From NCBI RefSeq assembly GCF_006345805.1, contig NW_021830219.1, forward strand, positions 1-5,009: a stretch of 5,009 bases of DNA. Reading direction: 5' to 3'. A model generated the notes under the pieces. The model was not told the origin of the DNA and ran no database searches. It worked only from the letters and a program-made list of their open reading frames with translations. Shown here one piece after another: positions 4,849-5,009 of the stretch (position 1 is the stretch's first letter; each line of letters opens with the position of its first letter). A program made the position numbers and the translations under genes. This DNA is from Octopus sinensis (taxonomy: Eukaryota).

Positions 4849-4983
4849 CTAATAATTAATAATAATAATAATAATCCTTTCTACTAAAGGCACAAGGTTT
4901 GGAACTTTGGAGGAGATTTAAATCGATTGCATCGATCCGCGTACTCAACTGGTACTTATTTATCGATCTTGGCAGGATGAAAG
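4849..4983 (-). mobile_element. 3' half of a family-1 SINE, type-B tail with (TTA)n extension (4849-4875)
   Basis: Minus strand: ctttcatcctgccaagatcgataaataagtaccagttgagtac...ccttgtgcctttagtagaaaggattattattattatt. Its tail ends 3 bp from the head of the copy at 4651-4845. Confidence 0.88.
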
Positions 4984-5009
4984 ATTATTATTCATTATTA
5001 TTATTATTA
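4984..5009. repeat. Imperfect (ATT)n microsatellite running off the window end
   Basis: attattattcattattattattatta, read directly. Confidence 0.85.

Overview
Repeat-dense, non-coding eukaryotic DNA, most likely from an octopus (coleoid cephalopod). That assignment rests on my recollection that these repeats resemble the Octopus tRNA-derived SINE families OK, OR1 and OR2; it is not a database hit. I find no intact host gene. Most of the window is transposon-derived: (i) about ten copies or fragments of one tRNA-derived SINE family ('family 1') on both strands and of very different ages; (ii) one tRNA-Arg-like SINE with a target-site duplication (564-820); (iii) one SINE with an internal microsatellite (962-1390, minus strand); (iv) a decayed RTE-clade LINE reverse-transcriptase C-terminus (3634-3860); (v) a probable non-autonomous DNA element carrying telomere-like repeats (3962-4429); and (vi) several microsatellites. 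Seven of the eight listed ORFs lie wholly or largely in SINE sequence and look spurious; only 3664-3903 has a recognisable protein motif. I see no convincing new protein-coding system. The best leads concern transposon biology: a two-part SINE chimera inserted as one unit into an older copy with a perfect 15-bp duplication, a headless tandem SINE unit, a hairpin module shared by two SINE families with compensatory base changes, and a DNA element with GG..CC termini but non-matching ends.
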